From contig JACKGO010000003.1 in NCBI GenBank assembly GCA_020631975.1, positions 42,973-106,972 on the forward strand: DNA of 64,000 nucleotides, given 5' to 3'. Shown here piece by piece: positions 1 to 8,398 of this stretch. The position numbers and the translations under genes were made by a program. Positions within the stretch are counted from its first letter, which is position 1. Each line of letters starts with the position of its first letter. Origin of the DNA: Candidatus Nomurabacteria bacterium (GTDB taxonomy: Bacteria; Patescibacteriota; Saccharimonadia; Saccharimonadales; CAIOMD01). The notes under the pieces were generated by a model. It was not told the DNA's origin and searched no databases. It saw only the letters and a list, made by a program, of their open reading frames with translations.

Positions 1-62
1 CGGGTAACGCTCCCGTCTACGCAGTTTTGCAGACTGCTGCCTAACTTCTCGGCCAAGGCGCC
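1..62 (-). tRNA. tRNA-Cys(GCA), 3' part cut off by the window edge
   Basis: The reverse complement reads GGCGCCT-TG-GCC-GAGAAGTTA-GGC-A-GCAGT-CTGCAAA-ACTGC-GTAG-ACGGG-AGCGTTA-CCCG. This gives an acceptor 5' strand, a 3-bp D stem, an anticodon loop CU-GCA-AA, a 4-nt variable loop and a T arm whose loop is the non-canonical AGCGUUA. The 3' acceptor strand lies outside the window. Confidence 0.7.
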
Positions 63-379
63 TTACTTACAAAATTATACAGTATACAGGGCCACTTGTG
101 CATGAAGTTGTACTTCATGTATTTCATCGCTTCACAATCTCTACGATATTTTTAGGGTAAATGAGTCATTACATTATCTTATTGGATATCATTAAGAAAT
201 ATAACCGTGCTACTTAATTGTAAAGTAGCACCCTACGATAGGTGCTACATACTTAGATTGCTATCTTTTCACAGATCTTTTACAAGACACCACGACGGCG
301 ACGGCGCCTATTCACTCCTGCCACAGATACTGGTGATAAAGGTCGTCCAATCATAATATTGTTCCTTTCTTAGTTATTA

Positions 380-817
380 CTACTCTTCTTCTACAATTTC
401 ACTTAATTCTTTCAGAGCACTAGCGATTTTTTCAGGATGTATTCTACCCTCGTCTAATAATTCTCCACCAGCATCGATAAGCGCTGCCTTTAAGCCCTTC
501 GCCCATAGCTGCTCAATAACTAAGACACCTGCAGCTGTGTTGTTTTCCATTGCCATACCAATTTTTTCTATATCTTCTTCTGTTATTAGTTCATGACCGG
601 CTTCTATGCCAAAACTAGCAAAGGCCTCTTTTAGCTCTGCTGGTTGATCGTTTAGTTCGCCACCCATCACATTGCCATCTGCATCTTTCATAATGAAAAG
701 CAAATCTATAACTCTTATTGTACCCTTCTGTGTTGCTATGGAGAGTTCCTCTAGCACACTACCATCAAAGTTGTTACCTTTAAACCCAACAACTATATAA
801 TCTACTGGTCCTAACAT
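380..817 (-). CDS. small soluble protein, DUF6325/DUF1269-like (function unknown)
   Basis: 145-aa ORF with an SD GGAGG 5 nt upstream. The N-terminus MLGPVDYIVVGFKGNNFDG...GTIRVIDLLFIMKDADGNV matches my recollection of the DUF6325-type family. This was not searched. Confidence 0.45.
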   Translation of the reverse strand: MLGPVDYIVVGFKGNNFDGSVLEELSIATQKGTIRVIDLLFIMKDADGNVMGGELNDQPAELKEAFASFGIEAGHELITEEDIEKIGMAMENNTAAGVLVIEQLWAKGLKAALIDAGGELLDEGRIHPEKIASALKELSEIVEEE

Positions 818-952
818 ATATTACCTCCATTAGCTTTGTTCTAGTTATTATTATACTCTTGCATGCAAGGAAAAGCTAAGCCATAAGCGTTATAAAGAGC
901 ATAATAACGAAGTGGAATAACCCCCCTGGCTTAGCACGTGCTATTAGGATCT

Positions 953-1261
953 TTAATTAGTCGTAGAGCTGTTGTCAGTAGTGGTGGTTGTATCCGATGG
1001 TGTTGTAGGTGATGCAGGTGTTGTGTTGGTAGTGTCTTCTGTCTTTTGTGTTTGGCTTTCTGTAATGGTCTGTTGTGTAGTTTTTACAGACTCTTGTAGA
1101 CTATTGATTGACTTGTTGACAGCATCTATTGAATCGTTAATCTTTTGGTTCTGTTGATACTGATTATAAGCTAGCCCTAAAATTATAAGTAAAGCAATTA
1201 CCAGTAATACTCCTAAAAGAATACTCAGCCCATTTGATGATTTTTTACTTGTAGGTTCCAT
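953..1261 (-). CDS. small single-pass membrane protein with Thr/Ser/Pro-rich ectodomain tail
   Basis: 102 aa with a GGGAGG SD. It has a basic N-terminus, a TM helix LSILLGVLLVIALLIILGLA, a Gln-rich segment and the tail TTNTTPASPTTPSDTTTTTDNSSTTN. Confidence 0.5.
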   Translation of the reverse strand: MEPTSKKSSNGLSILLGVLLVIALLIILGLAYNQYQQNQKINDSIDAVNKSINSLQESVKTTQQTITESQTQKTEDTTNTTPASPTTPSDTTTTTDNSSTTN

Positions 1262-1348
1262 AATGCCTCCCAGCGTTTATATAACCATTATACTCTTAAT
1301 TGCTAACTATGGCTGTGATTACACTCTTTTATACAAGGTGGTGATGTT

Positions 1349-2308
1349 TTAAATAAATTTGTTTTTTGTGAGCCATCTAAAAGAAAATGCTCCCCAAATT
1401 GGTGGTAAGAAGAAAGTAAATAATCTATAAGATACAGTCATTGCATAAGCTGAACTCTGGTCTACGCCAGCACTAACTAACCCGGCTGATATGATAGCTT
1501 CTTGGACACCAATTCCACCAGGCACAGGTGCAATACCGCCAAGCAAAGTTGCACTCACCACAATAACTAATGCAGTCGCTATTGAAATATCTACTCCGAA
1601 TGCCTGCGCTGTAATAACCATAGTTGTTCCCAACACGAGTTGCGATAACAAATTGCTCCCAAAAAGCGTAACTAGCCTAATAGGGTGTTCAGCGAGGCTA
1701 GAAAACGACCCTATAACATCTTTTAATATATTGATCAGTTTTAGTCTAAGAGTTTTTGAGTTATAAAGTACAATTAAGCCTATTAGAATTATTCCACCTG
1801 CAATAGAAAGCACTATTACCCAATCTGTGTTGATATTATTCTTTAGATTCAAATTTACGTCACCAAAAATAATTGCAATTACCAAAATTGTCATCTGCAC
1901 TAAAAATCCGGTAAAGCTGTCTAGTGCACCCTGTGTTATTGCTGTAACATATGGGACTTTAAATTTCTTTAGATAGGCAACATTGGTAGCTACCCTACTA
2001 GCGGTACTTGGGACTGCAAGACCAATAAACTGGATAGCAGATTGCAAAATAAGAGTTGGTTTAAAAGGTATCGGTGCGGTAACTGCCGACATCATAGATG
2101 TTGCATTTGGTACTAAAATGAGTTGTGCTACAAAGAAAGCTAGCATGAACCATACTAAATCAGCCGATTTTATAGCGTTCCAAACTTCTGTAAAATCTAT
2201 ATTGGTAATTTGCTGTATGAGCGCATATGTCGCCAGAGCCATAAGACCCGTGAGCAATAGATCGCGTTTTGAAATGTTTCTTACTTTGGTTAGGCTAAGT
2301 ACACTCAT
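1349..2308 (-). CDS. flippase-like polytopic membrane protein (LPG_synthase_TM / UPF0104 family)
   Basis: 319 aa and multi-pass. The C-terminal PVPGGIGVQEAIISAGLV resembles the PGGxGxxE motif of the lysyl-PG-synthase TM/flippase-like domain. It lies downstream of a GT2 synthase. Confidence 0.65.
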   Translation of the reverse strand: MSVLSLTKVRNISKRDLLLTGLMALATYALIQQITNIDFTEVWNAIKSADLVWFMLAFFVAQLILVPNATSMMSAVTAPIPFKPTLILQSAIQFIGLAVPSTASRVATNVAYLKKFKVPYVTAITQGALDSFTGFLVQMTILVIAIIFGDVNLNLKNNINTDWVIVLSIAGGIILIGLIVLYNSKTLRLKLINILKDVIGSFSSLAEHPIRLVTLFGSNLLSQLVLGTTMVITAQAFGVDISIATALVIVVSATLLGGIAPVPGGIGVQEAIISAGLVSAGVDQSSAYAMTVSYRLFTFFLPPIWGAFSFRWLTKNKFI

Positions 2309-2495
2309 ATTTAGTAGTCTTTTTTACCTTATACTTTAGTCTAGCACACCAAAATATTTACTGTACGATTACAAAACTATGCTATATTTGCAGACACGTA
2401 TAGCTTTATAGATGGCATGATTGTATTAAATAAATTATTTTTATAGCGGTAGTAGAATAAAAAACTTTGAATGGCAATTATTTACAGTTAGATAG

Positions 2496-3845
2496 TTATA
2501 TATACTTGGTAGTTTTTAAAGCAGATTTAGGTAGTTGCTCGTTCGGGAGATATCCACGAGCCTCCTGTATCAACTTTGCGTAGAACTTTTTATTATTTTT
2601 AATACATCTTAGAATAGACGTAAGCTGAACCACATTCATAACATAAAATATAAAATACATAATTGGCGAATACAGGCTCATTCTCATTTTTTCTCTATTA
2701 GGCATGTGTTCATCCGGCCAAACTGTCCAAAGTACATATAACGTTATAGCTACATATGCACCTAACAGGGCAAATGGGTATGCCTTTGCAATACTAAGAT
2801 AAATTATATACACGAGAAGTATTGGTTCTATTAGCAGTACAAGCTCACCAAACAGCGCCATGGGCAGACGATACAAGGTTAGCATCCTACTATATTTTTC
2901 ATCATTGTTCAGTAATAGTGAACCATGCTTAACTAAATTTTGCAGCATTCCGAGTTTCCAACGATATCTTTGTATAAATAATGACTTGTAAGATTGGACT
3001 CCTTCTGTAATTGCCAAAACATCAGCAGCATATATTATTCGCTGATTAATATTGCCACTGGAAACTATTTTGAGGCTCAGACCAATGTCTTCTGTCTGAG
3101 TATCTGTATCATAAAATTTTGCCTTTTTGATAATATCCATACGATAAGTAGAAGCAACTCCTCCTATAATAAATTCGCTGTTGGTTAATGTGTAGAACTT
3201 TTTAGATCTATAACCAATCATATGTTCAAATTTCTGCAGCAATCCAAGTAACGTTCCATTATCCATTATCTGTACATTCGCTGCCATTCCTACTATGCGA
3301 GGATCTTCAAAGTGTCTCACTGCATTAGAAATTGCATTCTTATCAATTATAGAGTCTGCGTCTAGTGACATCATTAACTCACCAGTTGCAGCAGTTTTTA
3401 GAGCATGATTCATGGCTTCACCCTTGCCAACATTTTTTTGTTTTCTCAATAAATGAATATTTCTATTTGGATGTAATTGGATATACCTCCATACAAGACT
3501 ACGTGTAGCGTCACTAGATGCATCATCAACAACTAAAATTTGTAATTTACGATATGAATTTTTTCTGATAGATTCCAACGTCTTGATTATCCCGACCTCC
3601 TCATTGTGTGCAGGAACAATGATTGTAACTAGCGGGCGATATTTCCTTCTTATAGTTTTAGATATTTTTCGTTTACGAAAAAATTGCTTAATATCATATA
3701 AATTAGCTCCAGCTATATATATCCCAAAATGAATTGTGTTGATAATAGCTATCATAGCGAATAAATAGAATGCTATGTCTTTAAACATCTTTGACTCCAA
3801 CAAATTCAAATTCATACATTGTACGATTTTGATATCGTATACCAC
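2496..3845 (-). CDS. processive family-2 glycosyltransferase, PgaC/IcaA-like (poly-beta-1,6-GlcNAc-type synthase)
   Basis: 449-aa ORF. It has an N-terminal TM, TIIVPAHNEE, VVDDASSD, SLDADS, TEDIGLS and QRYRW (QxxRW), followed by C-terminal TM helices. The true start is probably M20 (MFKDIAFY, nt 3788), since the ORF overlaps the sortase gene end. Confidence 0.8.
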   Translation of the reverse strand: MVYDIKIVQCMNLNLLESKMFKDIAFYLFAMIAIINTIHFGIYIAGANLYDIKQFFRKRKISKTIRRKYRPLVTIIVPAHNEEVGIIKTLESIRKNSYRKLQILVVDDASSDATRSLVWRYIQLHPNRNIHLLRKQKNVGKGEAMNHALKTAATGELMMSLDADSIIDKNAISNAVRHFEDPRIVGMAANVQIMDNGTLLGLLQKFEHMIGYRSKKFYTLTNSEFIIGGVASTYRMDIIKKAKFYDTDTQTEDIGLSLKIVSSGNINQRIIYAADVLAITEGVQSYKSLFIQRYRWKLGMLQNLVKHGSLLLNNDEKYSRMLTLYRLPMALFGELVLLIEPILLVYIIYLSIAKAYPFALLGAYVAITLYVLWTVWPDEHMPNREKMRMSLYSPIMYFIFYVMNVVQLTSILRCIKNNKKFYAKLIQEARGYLPNEQLPKSALKTTKYI

Positions 3846-4362
3846 TGCACGTTTGAAGAGTTAATATTGGAGGTCCGCTGTATTTAAGTACAGAATTATC
3901 AGCTGGATTTACAGTATACGAATGATTAAACCGATACATAAAGACCTTGTTGTCAGTAGTCGTAATTGTTGCTATATCACCAACCTTTAGGAGGGGTAGT
4001 TTACCAAACACTACAGATCTAGCATGGCCGTAAATAAATGTGTTACCTTCTTGCTGATTGGGCTGGGCTGAAATAACAGCATACTGAGCTGCATTCTTTG
4101 TTAATGTCCAGTCCTGCGTTACCGTATTGTAGTATCCCTTAATTACCTCTACCTTAACGCCTAAAGCATCAATTTCAATATTTAAAGGCAAAGAATTTGT
4201 TTCAGCTACTTGTGGAGTAACACCTACATTATTGGGTGCTACAAAGTGATCTGTTGCCATAATATAATCTAAGGAGTCTCTTGAAACTAAGCTTAAGAGA
4301 CCCAATAGTACTAGTATAATTGCTACAATGATACTGCTAACTTGATTGCGTGAAATCTTCAT
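3781..4362 (-). CDS. sortase (cysteine transpeptidase)
   Basis: 193 aa with an N-terminal membrane anchor. It has the catalytic His in FIYGHAR, the Cys in LTLQTCSG (TLxTC signature) and a downstream Arg (YQNRTMYEF). Confidence 0.8.
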   Translation of the reverse strand: MKISRNQVSSIIVAIILVLLGLLSLVSRDSLDYIMATDHFVAPNNVGVTPQVAETNSLPLNIEIDALGVKVEVIKGYYNTVTQDWTLTKNAAQYAVISAQPNQQEGNTFIYGHARSVVFGKLPLLKVGDIATITTTDNKVFMYRFNHSYTVNPADNSVLKYSGPPILTLQTCSGIRYQNRTMYEFEFVGVKDV

Positions 4363-4419
4363 TCAATCACTCCGCTATCAACTGGTTGTAACAATCATAT
4401 ATAATAACAATCTTTTTTA

Positions 4420-4593
4420 TTATTTTGTGATCGTCCTAGATACTACCAACCTAGCAATCGTTGACAATAATATAATTGCACCAACAACAATACTCGTTAT
4501 TGCAATTATTGTTAATATTTCGTTGCCACCAGTATTTGGTAGTACAACACCTCCGGTTACAACGGCACCGGCGCCTTTTCCGCCTTCGTACAT
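4420..4593 (-). CDS. 57-aa mini-protein consisting of little more than an LPXTG sorting signal
   Basis: This ORF is not in the ORF track because it is under 60 aa. My translation is MYEGGKGAGAVVTGGVVLPNTGGNEILTIIAITSIVVGAIILLSTIARLVVSRTITK*. It has LPNTG, a hydrophobic helix and a basic tail (R,R,K), which is the canonical sortase signal. An SD AGGAG sits 6 nt before the ATG, and the gene is directly upstream of the sortase. Confidence 0.6.
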   Translation of the reverse strand: MYEGGKGAGAVVTGGVVLPNTGGNEILTIIAITSIVVGAIILLSTIARLVVSRTITK

Positions 4594-4636
4594 ATAGTAC
4601 TCCTCTCCTTGTTAACCTGAGAGGGTGTTGAGCCAA

Positions 4637-4661
4637 TACAAAAGAGGGCTAAACGCCCTCT
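4637..4661 (-). terminator. rho-independent terminator after the deacetylase gene
   Basis: The minus strand reads AGAGGGC-GTTTA-GCCCTCT followed by TTTGTATT. Confidence 0.55.
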
Positions 4662-4706
4662 CGTTAGATATAATTATACTATACTCTTTTTTTGTTTATT
4701 TGTAAA

Positions 4707-6479
4707 CTATATTTTTAATAATCTTACTTCGTCTATATATGCTATATTACTTGCTCCAGCAATTGCAATAATTTGAATACTGGCAGTTACTACATTTGCG
4801 GATGTAGGAGTATATGAAAGTGTCACCTGTTCATCATCGGAACTCTGTTTAGTATACAAATATTTACCACTTATCCAATTACCAGATGCGTCATATTCAT
4901 CCATATAAAAACCAATGCCACTTGTTAATGATTCTGCACTGACAAATATACTTATAGAGTATACGTTTCCTGATGAGACGTCTACCTTATCAGAAAATAT
5001 ATGTGAGTTTATAGTCGTGTTGCTAGTTAATTTAATTGAGTTACGAACAGAGTCATGACTGCCATGTCCATTTGAATCAAGCACAATCTGGCTAGGCGAA
5101 TCTGTAATCCAACCGTCAATACCATTCTCAAAACTAGAATTACTAATTAAATTTTCGCCTATTGGATTAGGTGTAGGCTCTGGAGCTGGACCACTCGTTG
5201 TTACAATCCACCTGACTGAATCAATATAAGCTGTAATTCCAGAATTTGCTGTAATAATAATTTGTAATTTGACCTTTGCAACTCCATCTGAAGTTGGTGT
5301 GTATGCAAACGACATATCTTTTGTATACCAAGCTCCTAGTGTCTGTAAATATTGGCCACTCACCCAGTTGCCATACATGTCATATTCATCAATGTAACAA
5401 CCTATACTTCCGGATGTTTGATTAGTTATATTGACAAATCCTTTGACTACATAGGTATCCAGTGGATTTACAATTATGGTAGGTGAAAATATATGAATGT
5501 TTGCAGCTGGGCTTGCTTTTACCTTTACTGATGTTACTGGCTCTGGGGTGTTCCCGTTTGATTTTGTATCAATAGTTACATTGGTTGGACTATCCGTCGT
5601 CCAACCATTTCCAATACTTGTGCCATTCACTGGGTCTGAAACCATATTATCAGAAGCCTCACTTTGGACTAAACCATCACTAATATTCGTAACCTTAATA
5701 TTTTTTTGGTTTACATAAGCAGCGATTTGCGACAGATTTGCTGTACTGTATTGGTAGTCTTCAGGATCGACACTCGGATTATCGCGAACTTCATGAAATA
5801 CCAAGATAAGCCACGTATTATTTGCAATTGCATCATCAATATAGCTTCTTACAGTGTCCACACTAACTCCATACTGTACTTGCTGGACGCGCAATAAATA
5901 ATCTGTATAAGGCCAAGTGTTATAGCCGGTATCTGCGAACCCTCTGTGGCTTGAATAGTATTTTGCTATAGCAGCCATTACTTTACTATCGTAATCACCG
6001 TAAGGAGTTGCAAATGCTTTCGGATTAATTCCTTGTGCCACTAATGCTGCTTTGCTGTTGGCCACTTCAGCTTCAAGTTTCTTTGCAGTCAATCCTGACA
6101 TTTCTTTGTGGCTTACGCCATGAGATCCAATTTCCCATCCATAAGAGTCTCTAAGTGTTTTAATTTGACTCCATGTCATATAAGACATATCACTGTCAGC
6201 TGGACACTTATTAGGAATAGTAGTCATGCCAACACAGTTCGTAATAACATAATTTGTACCTGTATAACCATACTCTGCTAGTACGGGCGCTGCTGAATTG
6301 ATACTACTCGTTAATCCGTCATCAAATGTAAATGAAATTTTAGCTTGAGATGCATTGTTCAAGACTTCAGCTCGGACTGGTTCAGCGTAAATAATAATTA
6401 GTGCTGTTAGCGATATTAATGTTGGTAAAACTAATTTCGTATATTTTTTGAATACAAGTAAATTCACGATGTTATACAA
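4707..6479 (-). CDS. secreted polysaccharide deacetylase (NodB/CE4 domain) with two C-terminal carbohydrate-binding-like repeats
   Basis: 590 aa with a signal/anchor sequence. NodB motifs are FTFDDG and GSHGVSH. Two homologous ~150-aa modules follow (aa 277-427 and 442-590), each starting ...NGWTTDS/...DGWITDS and ending AYIDSVRW/AYIDEVRL, resembling CBM4_9-type modules. Confidence 0.8.
   Translation of the reverse strand: MYNIVNLLVFKKYTKLVLPTLISLTALIIIYAEPVRAEVLNNASQAKISFTFDDGLTSSINSAAPVLAEYGYTGTNYVITNCVGMTTIPNKCPADSDMSYMTWSQIKTLRDSYGWEIGSHGVSHKEMSGLTAKKLEAEVANSKAALVAQGINPKAFATPYGDYDSKVMAAIAKYYSSHRGFADTGYNTWPYTDYLLRVQQVQYGVSVDTVRSYIDDAIANNTWLILVFHEVRDNPSVDPEDYQYSTANLSQIAAYVNQKNIKVTNISDGLVQSEASDNMVSDPVNGTSIGNGWTTDSPTNVTIDTKSNGNTPEPVTSVKVKASPAANIHIFSPTIIVNPLDTYVVKGFVNITNQTSGSIGCYIDEYDMYGNWVSGQYLQTLGAWYTKDMSFAYTPTSDGVAKVKLQIIITANSGITAYIDSVRWIVTTSGPAPEPTPNPIGENLISNSSFENGIDGWITDSPSQIVLDSNGHGSHDSVRNSIKLTSNTTINSHIFSDKVDVSSGNVYSISIFVSAESLTSGIGFYMDEYDASGNWISGKYLYTKQSSDDEQVTLSYTPTSANVVTASIQIIAIAGASNIAYIDEVRLLKI
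4710..5651 (-). repeat. intragenic tandem duplication of a ~150-aa CBM-like module
   Basis: The two modules align along their whole length (e.g. GCYIDEYDMYGNWVSGQYL versus GFYMDEYDASGNWISGKYL) and are separated by a PAPEPTPNP linker. Confidence 0.7.
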
Positions 6480-7211
6480 TTCCTTAATTACGTCAGAGTC
6501 ACCCGATTAGTATATGAATATAATATTCTATATCTATTTTTGCTAATTTGTCAATATTATTATAATCATAAGCTTAACAATACACACACAGCCCTGAACT
6601 TCATACGGGCAGTATTGTTATAGAAACATTTATATTTTTGTGCCAGTTTTCATCTTACCCCTTTATGTATTTCTACCCAACTGCTAGGCAAGCTACTATA
6701 TAAATAGTCTATTCTCTAGAACTATTGCCTCGTCTATCTTCTGGTTTATTCATATTTTTCCTATGCTATATGGCACTTTATGTATATTGTGTATAACGTA
6801 CTAAAGTATTTGTTACGCTAGCTGGGAACTCGCTACTCGCTATTAGATTTATATATCATTTTACCTACCTATTTGAATCAATAGTTTTCACGTACATACA
6901 AATTAATGCTGTATATACTCATATACTGAAACAAAAGGTACACCTTGATATAACAAATGTCGTGGTAGACATATTTATGTAAAAATTTTTAACAATAAAT
7001 TGAGATTCTGGCCGTAAAGTAGCAATTTTTAAATATGTTAGGTTCATAAATTACGCAATAAAAACCTGTTATCTAGTCTGGCAAATTTTTGGTGCCCGAT
7101 AACCAGTGCATTTCTAACCTTTAATTAAAGTAACGTAGACAACTATAAGCAACAGAAGTTAGTCAAGCAGTTTAATATGTCTGAAGATTTAATAACTCCT
7201 TGATAAAAAGT

Positions 7212-8094
7212 TTATATACAAGAATGATTGACGTCTAGATTCTTCACTACATACTGGGTCAGTGAAATGAATCCACCGGGCGTAAGAGAAGCAACGCTAC
7301 AGTTAGTCTTAGCATTAGCAAGGCTCGCACCACTTGGTCGCCAGTTAGGTAGCCCATTTAAATTACTGCTAGAACTAATATTATTGCCGGTTATCTCTTT
7401 CCACTGAACAGCCGTTGAATACAGTCCGATATCAGCACCCTTTGACTCATAATAAGCACCAAAGCCTTCAATAGCTGCAGTGTTGCGCACAAGTGCCTGA
7501 TTACTGCCCGATTGCCAAGTATTCATTGTTTCAACATCAAGCCACCAGACATAAGCACTTGTGTCAGAGTTTAAGCCTTTACTGTTGGCGGCTGACTTAA
7601 AAATACCTTCAGTATAAATTGAGCGGTTCCAGCCGTACAACCAAGAACATGCATTGTCATTAGCACCGTTACAAACACCATAGGGATTGACTGGTACATT
7701 TCCATTGCTGTCAGTTGAAGTAGTAGGCCATGTAGTAATTTGATCTATTACTTCGCCTGGATTAGCAGTGTTTACATATACTTGATACTTTGATTGTTTT
7801 GATCCAACTTTTTGCTTTACTAGCCCAAACAAGTTGGTCTGCCAAACAGTCGTTAGGCTTTGCAGCATTACCACCATTTACACCAACAATGCCAAAATAA
7901 TGGTCAGTAGGTAATTTCTTGCCACACTGTGGGTAAGAGATGTCATAGCCTTTCATTTCTAAGGTTGGTGCTGGTCTTGGAGAACTTCCTCCGCGTGTAG
8001 GTTTAGCTGCAAATGCGGTAGCTGGTAGAAAGCCAAATGATAATATTGATAGCGATAAAACTGCAAGTGTAAGTAATTTCTTCATATAAACCAA
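7212..8094 (-). pseudogene. secreted GH25-like / Rv2525c(DUF1906)-like glycoside-hydrolase-fold protein, split by a frameshift
   Basis: ORFs 7762-8094 (signal peptide + GYDISYPQCGKKLP...FGIVGVNGGNAAKPNDCLADQLVWASKAK) and 7212-7877 (...VGSKQSKYQVYVNTANPG...WWLDVETMNTW...GLYST) overlap in different frames. Removing one base of the A5 run (T5 on plus, 7809-7813) joins them as ...WASKAK-VGSKQSKY... Confidence 0.6.
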
Positions 8095-8149
8095 GTATAA
8101 CAGATTAGGGGTATTCTAACGAGCTTGAGTCCTTTATGGGTCATAGCAT

Positions 8150-8174
8150 AAAGCGCCGATATAATCGGCGCTTT
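8150..8174 (-). terminator. hairpin terminator downstream of the tRNA cluster (possibly bidirectional)
   Basis: AAAGCGCCGAT-ATA-ATCGGCGCTTT forms an 11-bp stem. It is flanked by an A-run and a T-run. Confidence 0.5.
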
Positions 8175-8199
8175 TTAGGAGGTTATTGTCTAAATTTTT

Positions 8200-8276
8200 T
8201 GGTGCGGGTACAGGGACTCTAACCCTGGACCTCGTCCTTGGCAAGGACGCGCTCTAAACAACTGAGCTACACCCGC
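8200..8276 (-). tRNA. tRNA-Gly(GCC) with encoded CCA and non-canonical D/T loops
   Basis: GCGGGTG-TA-GCTC-AGTTGTTTA-GAGC-G-CGTCC-TTGCCAA-GGACG-AGGTC-CAGGG-TTAGAGT-CCCTG-TACCCGC-A-CCA. The D loop has GU where G18G19 is expected. The T loop is UUAGAGU, with A at position 56. Confidence 0.85.
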
Positions 8277-8293
8277 ATGTGTAACGCTCTATG

Positions 8294-8322
8294 ATTATAG
8301 TTAAGTTTGTTAGCGTTTTCAA
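8294..8322 (-). promoter_or_regulatory. near-consensus sigma-70-type promoter for tRNA-Gly
   Basis: The minus strand reads TTGAAA, a 17-nt spacer, then TATAAT. The -10 element ends 17 nt before the tRNA 5' end. Confidence 0.6.
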
Positions 8323-8398
8323 GTGGACCACTCTATTAAAATAGACAAAACATAATACTACATATAAAGATCATCGCACACGTCTAAACAGGTTGTTT

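Noticed and set aside
280-354. 24-aa ORF MIGRPLSPVSVAGVNRRRRRRGVL with an AAGGAA SD, just downstream of the DUF6325-like gene, followed by a 9-bp hairpin at 209-233.
   Set aside because: It is too short and too low in complexity to support as a gene without conservation data. I mention it only as a possible micro-ORF.
4346-4636. Track ORFs 4346-4597 (+, 83 aa) and 4451-4636 (-, 61 aa).
   Set aside because: They are alternative frames over the 57-aa LPNTG ORF. They have no SD and their composition is implausible (Cys/Arg/Asn-rich). The third frame, with an SD and a complete sorting signal, explains the region.
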